Source: the human T2T-CHM13v2.0 reference genome, Homo sapiens. Taken from it: DNA of 64,000 nt. The notes under the pieces were generated by a model, which saw nothing but the letters and a program-made list of their open reading frames with translations, was not told the DNA's origin and ran no database searches. A program made the translations under genes and the position numbers. Below are positions 1-12,920 of the stretch, in pieces. Within the stretch, counting starts at the first letter, position 1, and each line of letters opens with the position of its first letter. The stretch is taken from NCBI RefSeq assembly GCF_009914755.1, contig NC_060947.1; one strand, 5' to 3'.

Positions 1-886
1 CATCAGCATATATTTTTCCTTCTTCATTTCATCTGAAGCTCAAGTGTTGGTCCTTTGCCTCTATTTAGTGCACAATATGTTGGCTATTTAGGAAGATCTA
101 ATAGTTAGAAATGCTGTTTCTTTTAGTCAAAAGAAAGGAAGCCAGTAAGAAAAGAGGCTAATATTGATTCTTCTTCAGAATCATCTCAAGAGCCAAATGT
201 CTTTCTGGTTTTTTAATCATACCTGTATGGGAAATATTACCTTGAGGGCACACTCCTGGATTGTCCTGTTTGAGTAAATTGTGTAGTTAAGGCTGAAACT
301 CAAGGGGAGCTTTCTGAGGCACAAGGTATACATGACACTAGAAGGATGTGTTCCTAATGTGAACTTCAGTATACCAAAAAAGACAGAAATATAAAGTTAC
401 AGTTGTTTCAGGAAGGGAGGAAGAAACAAACTTACATAATGTTTCTCTGTAGTTAGGTAGGGCCGAATACTAGCAAGCTCATAAAGCAATTCACAAGCCC
501 TATTGAATCTTCCTAGCTTTAGCTGTGAGGCTTAGAGGTAAAGTTTATACAAGGAAGAGAGAGAGTATAGCCAAGTTACAGAGTGAACCAGTGTCTGAGT
601 CAGAAATAGAACTCCTTGCTTCTAATGCTGTGTTAAGTCCCAGCGCCACACCCTCACTTCTAGACGGCAAAGGTGGTTGTGTGTTCAAGCAATGGGAGCT
701 ATGAATAGGGCCACAGTGGCAGTTTTCCCATGCCCTCTCTTCAGGATTGAGAATGTAATGTTTTCTTGTCTGTCCTTTCTCTCCCACAAAGTTTGATTAC
801 TCAGAGCAGCAGAGCAGAAGTGCCAGGCATTTGCAGGCTGCTTGCTGTGGGTGTAATATATATGTTCCTGGAAACATAAAACTGAA

Positions 887-1024
887 GTGAGGGGATGGAT
901 GTGTTAATTAGCTTGACATAATCACCTCATGTAGTATACATATATTAAAACATCGCCTCGTACTTACATAAATGTAGTTCAATTATGATTTGTCAGTTAA
1001 ACATAATGCAAATAAAAAATAAAA
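887..1024 (+). mobile_element. L1MA-type LINE-1 3' end fragment in the LPAR4 intron
   Basis: GTGAGGGGATGGATGTGTTAATTAGCTTGA...TTGTCAGTTAAA followed by an A-rich tail resembles old L1MA 3' termini; flanked by loosely similar GAAACATAAAACTGAA / GAAATCATAAAAAATCTGAA. Confidence 0.65.
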
Positions 1025-1574
1025 TGATTGAAATCATAAAAAATCTGAATGGAAAACTGGGGAGATCTATTTGAAATGTATCAACTTGAGACTCACAAAA
1101 TAATATATAGCCAGTGAGCTAGAATCATGCTGTGTAAAAGGATCACTAGTGGGCAGACTGGAGGGACTCTGGGCAGAAGGGAAAAGCCTTCCATTATAAA
1201 AGCATTTTCCAAATAAAATAATTATACTGGCAGTACTTATTGTAGAAGATAAGTTCAAGCCGATCATAGTGAATAAAGCCTGACTTTAATGTTAGAGGTT
1301 TTGCAGTCCCATAAATGCTGTTTTAACTATCATTTTATATTTTTGGACTCTTGAGTGACCTACACCTTAGTTACATTTGCAATGCTATAGTATTGCACTT
1401 ATTGTATTGAGTGTGAGCTTTCCTGCTCCTGCAACATACTCTTGTAGTACCTTTAAATATATAATAGATGTTCAAAAAATACTTGTCAAACCAAATGGAA
1501 TGTGCATGTTTTCTTCCAATCTGGGTGGACAGAATATCTTATTACACAGAAATCATGGATGGAAGGCAAATTTG

Positions 1575-1602
1575 ATTATTTGTTCCATCTTGTCTCTCAT
1601 AG
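1575..1602 (+). promoter_or_regulatory. LPAR4: Splice acceptor of the LPAR4 coding exon (polypyrimidine tract + AG at 1601-1602)
   Basis: TTATTTGTTCCATCTTGTCTCTCATAG|GAGG lies 79 nt upstream of the ATG, with no ATG in between. Confidence 0.75.
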
Positions 1603-1681
1603 GAGGAAAATATTTCCTACCGGTCCATAGTGTCAGAGTGGTGAACCCCTGCAGCCAGCAGGCCTCCTGAAAAAAAAGTCC

Positions 1682-2794
1682 ATGGGTGACAGAAGATTCA
1701 TTGACTTCCAATTCCAAGATTCAAATTCAAGCCTCAGACCCAGGTTGGGCAATGCTACTGCCAATAATACTTGCATTGTTGATGATTCCTTCAAGTATAA
1801 TCTCAATGGTGCTGTCTACAGTGTTGTATTCATCTTGGGTCTGATAACCAACAGTGTCTCTCTGTTTGTCTTCTGTTTCCGCATGAAAATGAGAAGTGAG
1901 ACTGCTATTTTTATCACCAATCTAGCTGTCTCTGATTTGCTTTTTGTCTGTACACTACCTTTTAAAATATTTTACAACTTCAACCGCCACTGGCCTTTTG
2001 GTGACACCCTCTGCAAGATCTCTGGAACTGCATTCCTTACCAACATCTATGGGAGCATGCTCTTTCTCACCTGTATTAGTGTGGATCGTTTCCTGGCCAT
2101 TGTCTATCCTTTTCGATCTCGTACTATTAGGACTAGGAGGAATTCTGCCATTGTGTGTGCTGGTGTCTGGATCCTAGTCCTCAGTGGCGGTATTTCAGCC
2201 TCTTTGTTTTCCACCACTAATGTCAACAATGCAACCACCACCTGCTTTGAAGGCTTCTCCAAACGTGTCTGGAAGACTTATTTATCCAAGATCACAATAT
2301 TTATTGAAGTTGTTGGGTTTATCATTCCTCTAATATTGAATGTCTCTTGCTCTTCTGTGGTGCTGAGAACTCTTCGCAAGCCTGCTACTCTGTCTCAAAT
2401 TGGGACCAATAAGAAAAAAGTACTGAAAATGATCACAGTACATATGGCAGTCTTTGTGGTATGCTTTGTACCCTACAACTCTGTCCTCTTCTTGTATGCC
2501 CTGGTGCGCTCCCAAGCTATTACTAATTGCTTTTTGGAAAGATTTGCAAAGATCATGTACCCAATCACCTTGTGCCTTGCAACTCTGAACTGTTGTTTTG
2601 ACCCTTTCATCTATTACTTCACCCTTGAATCCTTTCAGAAGTCCTTCTACATCAATGCCCACATCAGAATGGAGTCCCTGTTTAAGACTGAAACACCTTT
2701 GACCACAAAGCCTTCCCTTCCAGCTATTCAAGAGGAAGTGAGTGATCAAACAACAAATAATGGTGGTGAATTAATGCTAGAATCCACCTTTTAG
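1682..2794 (+). CDS. LPAR4: Lysophosphatidic acid receptor 4 (GPR23/P2Y9), class A P2Y-like GPCR, 370 aa, uninterrupted CDS
   Basis: Seven hydrophobic helices, NLAVSDLLF (TM2), DRF (TM3), CFVP (TM6), DPFIYY (TM7), N-terminal N-glycosylation sequons. [13 protein letters not shown]...MLESTF recognised as LPAR4. In-frame upstream TAG at 1628-1630 fixes the start. Confidence 0.98.
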   Translation: MGDRRFIDFQFQDSNSSLRPRLGNATANNTCIVDDSFKYNLNGAVYSVVFILGLITNSVSLFVFCFRMKMRSETAIFITNLAVSDLLFVCTLPFKIFYNFNRHWPFGDTLCKISGTAFLTNIYGSMLFLTCISVDRFLAIVYPFRSRTIRTRRNSAIVCAGVWILVLSGGISASLFSTTNVNNATTTCFEGFSKRVWKTYLSKITIFIEVVGFIIPLILNVSCSSVVLRTLRKPATLSQIGTNKKKVLKMITVHMAVFVVCFVPYNSVLFLYALVRSQAITNCFLERFAKIMYPITLCLATLNCCFDPFIYYFTLESFQKSFYINAHIRMESLFKTETPLTTKPSLPAIQEEVSDQTTNNGGELMLESTF

Positions 2795-3460
2795 GTATGA
2801 GAAATGTGTTCAGGTCCAGATATGGTTTCTCCTATAATTTTTCCTATGCTATAAACTAAAGATTTGAAGCTAATGATACTGAGAATAATGCACCAAATCC
2901 AGTCAGATACATTTGTTTGAAGGTATACTGTAGAGTTTTTATTGCTGTTTTGTTCAGTAATTATAGGTCAAATCTAATTACAACAACCAAGATGGATTGC
3001 CAAACTCTTCTGCTTGGTTGGAATTTCATTGTATCGCATTATCCAGGTGGCCAGTGGCATTTGATAATATAGAGATGACTTTGAAACTTTCAAAAAGGTA
3101 TTTCTATTCCAATGATATTTGGTAATTAGGTTGGGCCTATAAATATAGAACAAATTCAGGGATTTTTAAAAAATTGTGTTACTACTGATATATGCTAGTT
3201 TTATTTTATTTTTTTGAACTGTCATTGAGTTTATTTTAGCACAAGAATATTTTTAGCCTAACATTATTAATAAGAAATGTGTCAAATTTTTAACATTGGT
3301 AAAATATGTTATGTGCATTTTGAAAACAGAAAACAAATTGCGTTGGCATGTACGTGGGTGGGAAGAAAAAGAAAATTAACAGGATTTACACAATTATAAT
3401 CACCAGCAGTGTGAGTTTAAAAAACTTCGTTGTTTTTACACCAAATTAAAATTTTCATGT

Positions 3461-4990
3461 CAAACTTCAAAGCCAGAAAGCTGCTAAATACGTGTCTGGC
3501 AGGTAAAAGCTGGAAAATTACTTAAAACAGGAAAGTGTCAATAAAAAAACTTGAGCAACACCAACATATTTTTTCTTAAAATGTCACGTTATCTTCATTT
3601 TGGGAAACTAGGTTCTATAAAATATTTATCCTCCCTGTTATACTTTGGAGCACAGCACAGCCAGAAAGGGGCTGCATTTGTGCCCAGGTCAGGAGCAAAT
3701 TGAAAAAAAAAATAAAGTAATACAAAAAAATCAAACTATAAAGCAAAAACATTTATTAAAACCTGAATTAATCCTTTTTGGAGGGAGGAGTAGAGATATA
3801 TAACCTGAAAATACTTATTCTTTCTTATCGAATTTTGGAGCCTAATATAGCCAGGAGCTGCTGAATTTGTGCCCCTGGATTGGAAGCAAATAAAAAAAAA
3901 AAACAACACATAAACTAAACCAAACCAAAACAAAAAAACCAGAGAACCCCAAGAAAAATAAAAATAAAAAAACCTCAACAATAATTTGTAACACTTTCAT
4001 TACTATTTGTTGAGGTTCTGTAAATGTAAAAATACTATGTCATTTGCATAACATTTTGAAGCACAACGCAGCTACCAAGTGGCTAAATTCGTCTCCTGGT
4101 TAGGAACAAGTTGTGGGAAAAAAAGGTCAAAAATCAAACTGCGATAAAACAAACAAAACAAGCACAAACAAAATTTAGAACTTGCATTTTCTGAGCATCT
4201 GCGAAACTTACAAAACACTATAACATTCATATAATGCTTTGGATCAAATTGCAACTAAGAAGCTGCTAAAATGGCACCCAGTTTAAAAGGAATTAAAAAC
4301 AGTATTTTAAAATCTACAAAAAAAGAGAAAATTTTTTTATAATTTACTTAAACCGCAAAAATCTTTAAAACTCTTACTAGTTTTTAAACTAAAGTGGATA
4401 TTTAAGAATATTAGAACTTGTAAATATAACTTCTGAGCTTGAAAGATGCTACATTTGTGCTCAAGTCAGGAGCAGTGGAAATAAACCCTCGTATACACAC
4501 ATACACAGCAGCAGCAACAACAAAAACCAAAATTAAATGTTAAACCCTGAAAAACAACAAAAATATTTTAAAATGTGCATTAATCAATTTTTAAAATATT
4601 TGGATAACATGGCAATTTAAAAATGCTAAGAATTTTAAAACAAAACTTCCAGGAAAAATGTATCCTGCAAGTTGCTGAACTTGTGCCAGAAAGTGGTTAA
4701 ACAATTATAAAGCACAGAACAATAACAAAAAAGTAAAACTTCTAAAACAATAAGCAAATTTTTAAAACTCATTAACTTGTTTTTCTTTCTGATGATATGC
4801 AGACTTAAAAATACTGAGACTTTTAAGTAAAAATCTGTTAGCATAATGTAACTTTAAAAACTGTAAAATCTGTGTCTGGGTTAGGAACAAAGTGAAAAAA
4901 TGCTAAAACAATAGTAAAAACAAATTCTTAAAACTGGCATTACTTTTTCCCAATGAAAGTCCTAAAAGTAATTATGCATTATGTAGTCTT
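3461..4990 (+). repeat. Degenerate tandem array, 8 units of ~183-226 bp, within the LPAR4 3' UTR
   Basis: Core resembling GCTRMATTTGTGYCYRGGTYAGGARCAAA recurs at 3483, 3671, 3860, 4082, 4265, 4448, 4674 and 4863, each followed by an A-rich tract. Confidence 0.8.
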
Positions 4991-5259
4991 ATGAAAAGAG
5001 GCTATAGATGGAATATATAAGGCATTAGATTCAGTTAAATAAAATTAGGTTAAGATAAGTTCAGTTGTTAGATTATATGGTAAGATCAAATCAGTAATAA
5101 AAGCGTGAATAATCTTTTGTTTCTTTCAGTATTCATGTTTTTCCATTTCTTGTTAAGTATAAAATATATGTGAACATTTGTTTGTGCCCTTGCTTCTTAA
5201 CATTATAAAATTTTATGATTATGACACCAAACCATTTAATGGGATATTAACTAAGTTGA

Positions 5260-5265
5260 AATAAA
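5260..5265 (+). terminator. LPAR4: Candidate proximal polyadenylation signal AATAAA
   Basis: AATAAA followed ~15-45 nt later by a U/GU-rich tract (TTTCTTGTGTAATTTCCATGTTTAGTTTTT). Confidence 0.5.
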
Positions 5266-5506
5266 ATATATTATTAAATGTTTCTTGTGTAATTTCCATG
5301 TTTAGTTTTAATTTTTTTATATTTCACTTCTCAAATTTCCATTTTTATAGTTAATATAAATTGCTAATAATAAAACTTGTCACATTAACAATGTAACCAA
5401 GAAAATGTAAAGTATAACTAAATATAAAAGTGACTATGTTACATCGAAAGGAAAAGCAATTTTGCAGCTGTAATTGCAACTTGGATTTTAAATGTTTATT
5501 AAATGT

Positions 5507-5512
5507 AATAAA
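5507..5512 (+). terminator. LPAR4: Candidate distal polyadenylation signal AATAAA
   Basis: AATAAA preceded by TGTA elements (CFIm-type UGUA) and followed by T-rich sequence. Confidence 0.55.
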
Positions 5513-6891
5513 ATATATTTGAATTATTTAGCAGTCATACTTTGATCAATTATTCAACTTTCTTTATTTGTGGCCACCCAAAGGCATCTCTCCTTTATCT
5601 TCCCTCCATCTTTTCACAAAGGAATTATTAGACTATATTTGCTCTCAAATTAATTTCAATAACTCATTTCTGAGGCTATCTGAAGACTAATGCAGAAATG
5701 GCAAATGGCAAATTCCTGGGTAACTTTTCAGGGATCAAGATGAAAGACTAATGACCTCTTTTCCTGATTTTTCGAACTTGGGTTTGATTTATTTGGGGTT
5801 GCTAGCCAAGCTGACTTCAGATTTTAATTTCTAGGATTTGACAAAATATTCTAGGACAACAACTGGGAAGCCTGGGAAAAGATAGGGCAAACAGATCGTC
5901 TTGACAACAATAAGATGAATGCAGAGCTAAGTGGCTGGCAGATTAATACCTAGAACAGGTGATGGTCCCGAGGTAGCAAAACGGAATTTCTGGTCATCAT
6001 GCTCATGCCTCTAACTCTCGGGGAAGGCAATGTCATCATCTCAAGCACCATATGCTGTGTTAGTTCCCCATGAGATGACAGCAAACTCTGCATTTTTTGA
6101 TCATGACTAGCATGATCAGCCCTAGGCTACATTTAAAACTAGAGGAAGTTTGCCATTAATGATGCCCTAGGTCACGTCCCCAGAAACATAGGGACAGAAA
6201 CTGTAGGTTTCACATTCCTATCTGCCCTCTTCTACCTTTTGTCTTCACCCCCAATCCCCGTACCTTATATTTAATATGGTTTCCCAAACTTCATACTTTC
6301 TCCCTGTTTTACATGTGGTCTTTGTGTTCTCCAACATGTCTTCCCACCCTCTCCAGAAATATCGTTTCTTCCTGAACAAAAAGACAACACATAAAGCTCT
6401 ATCAAGACAGTGACAGGCTGAACAGATTTACATTAAGGTGTGAATGATTGATCCCCCATTTTTCTCTCCTTGACTGTTTTTAACCTTTTGGTGTTCGCAT
6501 CTTAGAAAAGGAGTCCAGTTAATTCAAATGACTGAAGGAGGGTCAGGATGGGAAGAGATGATTGTCCTGGTAAATGGTAAATCATCTGTTAAGCCTCAGC
6601 CTCTCTTGCCTTGCAGTGGAGCTTCTGCACTGCAGGCTTTCTTGTCCTGCTCCCTTGAGCTCACTTTGTGTTCTGTTGATTCCAAACCATATACCACCTG
6701 TTTCTAGACAGCCCTCTTTTCCGAAACCACCTGAAGTGACTGGGAGCCTGTATTCTCATTTCATATAGGCATGGATTATTTCCCTCAAATGTCTCCTGAT
6801 TCTGGTGGATTTGGTGAAATTAGGTAAAATAAGAAGCAGATTGTTTATATTTTATGAACAAGGAAGCAAAAGAGCGCAGGCTACTGAGTCA

Positions 6892-9294
<2,403 letters not shown>

Positions 9295-9761
9295 AAGAAC
9301 CATGTACTGCCTACTGTTTTGCTTCCTTCCCTCTCTGAGGGCCTGGGAATGAAGCTCTTCTTTACCAAATATCCAGAGAGATACTGAGTTCAGGATGTCA
9401 GAGGAGCAGGTCTAGTGTGAGGCCTAAAATGTGGCAGTGAAGGAAGTCAAACAGGTTCTCAAGTTGTCATGCCTTGTGTGGCCCTAGCAGCCAGCTTTCC
9501 TTCCTGTTTATCATGCAGCAGCTCAGACCTTATAGATAGAAAGGTAGTCACAAAGAGGCCTCATGCCTTATATTGATGTTCCAAGGTAAGTTGTCTCCTC
9601 CACACATTGTCGCTTTTCCTCCTCATGTTGGTGGTAGCAAAGCCAAAACTATGGGTCGCTTTCCCCAACTGGGAACCTGGAACTTCTTGACTAGACCCAG
9701 TTCAAGGCAGTTTGAAGTTCCTGAGAAACAAATTGGCTGGGAGAATTCCTAGGGATCCAGA

Positions 9762-9950
9762 ATTCATTCATTTACTTATTCAACAAATTTCTTGAATACC
9801 AACCATGTGTCAGACATTCTTCTAGGCACTGGGGGTACAATCGTGACAATAACAGAAAAAAAAATCCTTGTCATTTTAAAACTTAAGCTCTCGAGTCAGA
9901 GCAAGCAAAGCCACTAACAAACAAATAAACAAGTTAAAAAGTAATAACAG
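9762..9950 (-). mobile_element. L2 3' end fragment, interrupted by the RPL7 pseudogene (resumes ~10795-10835)
   Basis: TTCATTCATTTACTTATTCAACAAATTTCTTGAATACC...CTAGGCACTGGGG is the typical reverse-strand L2 terminus. Confidence 0.7.
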
Positions 9951-10785
<835 letters not shown>

Positions 10786-11234
10786 TGTAATAAGAACAGA
10801 TGATAATAAGTGCTATAGGCAAAAATAGAGCAAACACATACATGAAACAAAATTCCATGCTCCACAGCAGGACTGGGTTTAACTTTAATGGTTGTAAGCA
10901 TTCATAAGATGAAGATGCTCCATTCTCAATAAATACATAAAATGAAAACCAATACTAAATTTATCAATGCATGTAAGGAAGTACAAAAAAGTTGATTCTT
11001 AAATATCGCATTTCTAATGTTTGTTTTTAAATGGGTTATGAGGGCCTGAAGTGCTGTTGTCCAAAATTTGTGCTTAGTTAATACATTTTGGGGTGTTTAT
11101 GCTCTGGTTCAAGTCACAGGGATTCCAGAAGACTAATGAAGGCCCAAGCCTAGGCAACCTCTGGTCAGCAGTGCTGATCATGTAATGGCCTCAGCATCAC
11201 CTTTCTTGTGCTTTCTCTTGCTTTAGGCAAGACT

Positions 11235-11239
<5 letters not shown>

Positions 11240-11274
<35 letters not shown>
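11240..11274. repeat. (CT)n microsatellite with downstream pyrimidine-rich tract
   Basis: Directly visible CT run. Confidence 0.95.
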
Positions 11275-11275
<1 letters not shown>

Positions 11276-11419
11276 ACTCCCACTCCCACACACACACCCT
11301 CCCCCTTCTTGCTTTCTCTTTTCTCTCCACTCTTTCTTCCCTTACTGCCTCCCCACCTTTCCTTTAAGCAGAACATGCTCCCAGGGAAGGATCTGAGTGC
11401 AAACTCTGTGCTGTAACAG

Positions 11420-11565
11420 AGAGCTTTGGGCTGGAAGCTCAAATCTGGTTTTGTACTCAGTTCTCCTACTCACTGTGTAACCTTGGGCAAGTCCATTCCT
11501 TTCTTTGTGCCTGAGTTCCCCTGTTAGCAGAATAAGCAAATTGGACTCAGTGATCTCTGAGGTCA
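11420..11565 (+). mobile_element. MIR-family SINE
   Basis: CTGTGTAACCTTGGGCAAGTC...CTGAGTTCCCCTG...TTGGACTCAGTGATCTCTGAGGTC MIR core and tail. Confidence 0.75.
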
Positions 11566-11635
11566 AACTTTTTGGAAAACATTTCACAAAAATGGCTACC
11601 TATTCTCACTTATATGTGAGGCCAGAAGGAGTTTG

Positions 11636-11762
11636 AATAACAATAACCATATTAATAAATGCATTTTCAAATGCTCAATATGAGGCCATAGAATTTTGTG
11701 TGCTACTTTCTGATGCATATTGAGCATTTGAAAATGTATTTATTAATATTGTTATTGTTATT
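11636..11762. repeat. Inverted repeat: 47-bp arms (45/47 complementary), 33-nt spacer
   Basis: Left arm 11636-11682 AATAACAATAACCATATTAATAAATGCATTTTCAAATGCTCAATATG versus right arm 11716-11762 CATATTGAGCATTTGAAAATGTATTTATTAATATTGTTATTGTTATT. Confidence 0.95.
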
Positions 11763-11865
11763 GATGACAAAAATGAGGCTTAGGAAGCCTAAATAACTTG
11801 CATAGCCAATAAGTGGCAAAACCAAGACTTGAACACAGGCTATCTGATTCTAATCCCCTATCAGC
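11763..11865 (-). mobile_element. MIR fragment
   Basis: GATGACAAAAATGAGGCTTAGG...TAACTTGC...AAGTGGCAAAACCAAGACTTGAACACAGG reverse MIR core. Confidence 0.7.
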
Positions 11866-11884
11866 CATGGATAGACTGTTTCTA

Positions 11885-12870
11885 ATAAATAATAACAACA
11901 ATGAACATTTATTGCCTGCTTTCTATGTCTTAGACTTTGAGTTTTACATATATTATCTCTTTTAATATTTACAACAACCTTAGGAGTAGGTAATCTTACT
12001 GTCTCCACTTTACAAGTGACGGAACTGAGACAAAGAGTTAAGAAATGTGCCCAGGCAGAGGGCGCCCCTACTGGGAAGTGAGGAGCCCCTCTGCCCGGCC
12101 AGCCGCCCTGTCTGGGAGGGAGGTGGGGGGGTCAGCCCCCCGCCCGGCCAGCCGCCCCGTCCGGGAGGTGAGGGGCGCCTCTGCCCGGCCGCCCCTACTG
12201 GGAAGTGAGGAGCCCCTCTGCCAGGCCACCACCCCGTCTGGGAGGTGTTCCCAACAGCTCATTGAGAACGGGCCATGATGACAATGGCGGTTTTGTGGAA
12301 CAGAAAGAGGGGAAAGGTGGGGAAAAGATTGAGAAATCGGATGGTTGCCGTGTCTGTGTAGAAAGAAGTATACATGGGAGACTTTTCATTTTGTTCCGTA
12401 CTAAGAAAAATTCTTCTGCCTTGGGATCCTGTTGATCTGTGACCTTACCCCCAACCCTGTGCTCTCTGAAACATGTGATGTGTCCACTCAGGGTTAAATG
12501 GATTAAGGGCGGTGCAAGATGTGCTTTGTTAAACAGATGCTTGAAGGCAGCATGCTCATTAAGAGTCATCACCACTCCCTAATCTCAAGTACCCAGGGAC
12601 ACAAACACTGCGGAAGGCGGCAGGGTCCTCTGCCTAGGAAAACCAGAGACCTTTGTTCACTTGTTAATCTGCTGACCTTCCCTCCACTATTGTCCTATGA
12701 CCCTGCCAAATCCCCCTCTGCGAGAAACACCCAAGAATGATCAATAAAAAAAAAAAAAAAAAAAAAAATTAAAACCACCCAAAAAAAAAAAAAAAAAAAA
12801 AAAAAAGAAATGTGCCCAAAGTATCATAAATAGTAAGTGGGTCTTGATATGAAATACAACATCTAATCAA
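11885..12870 (-). mobile_element. MIR split by the SVA insertion (11885-12053 and 12819-12870)
   Basis: ACATTTATTG...CCACTTTACAAGTGACGGAACTGAGACAAAGAGTTAAGAAATGTGCCCA, continuing AAGTATCATAAATAGTAAGTGG after the SVA. Confidence 0.75.
12054..12804 (+). mobile_element. 5'-truncated SVA retrotransposon (end of VNTR + SINE-R + poly(A)), probably SVA_D-like
   Basis: GC-rich VNTR units (GGGAAGTGAGGAGCCCCTCTGCCCGGCC), SINE-R ending CCCAAGAATGATCAATAAA, long poly(A), perfect 14-bp TSD AAGAAATGTGCCCA at 12040-12053 and 12805-12818. Confidence 0.96.
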
Positions 12871-12920
12871 GGCAAAGGCCCCATGATCTGGCCCTTACCT
12901 ATTGCTCAGCCTCATCTTTC

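Larger units (their letters stand above)
2795..5530 (+). other. LPAR4: LPAR4 3' UTR (end inferred)
   Basis: AT-rich sequence without recognisable interspersed repeats continuing from the stop codon to a cluster of AATAAA hexamers. Confidence 0.6.

Noticed and set aside
1377-1670. 97-aa ORF ending 11 nt before the LPAR4 start (possible uORF)
   Set aside because: Starts at a non-ATG codon in intronic sequence upstream of the 1602 acceptor; the exonic part has no ATG. A uORF would need an upstream exon I cannot see.
1603-1681. N-terminal extension of LPAR4 from upstream exons
   Set aside because: In-frame TAG at 1628-1630 blocks it.
2330-2749. 139-aa antisense ORF (and the overlapping 1944..2177 frame)
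   Set aside because: Shadow frames of the LPAR4 CDS with no recognisable domain or independent signals.
3461-4990. CRISPR-like reading of the repeat-spacer pattern
   Set aside because: Eukaryotic 3' UTR, degenerate repeats, ~160-nt A-rich and mutually related linkers, no cas genes.
11636-11762. Calling the hairpin a known microRNA gene
   Set aside because: I recognise no mature miRNA; very AT-rich arms and a large loop. Reported only as an inverted repeat.
12045-12740. GC/CpG-rich patch with ORFs as a CpG-island promoter or exon
   Set aside because: Fully explained by the SVA VNTR and SINE-R.
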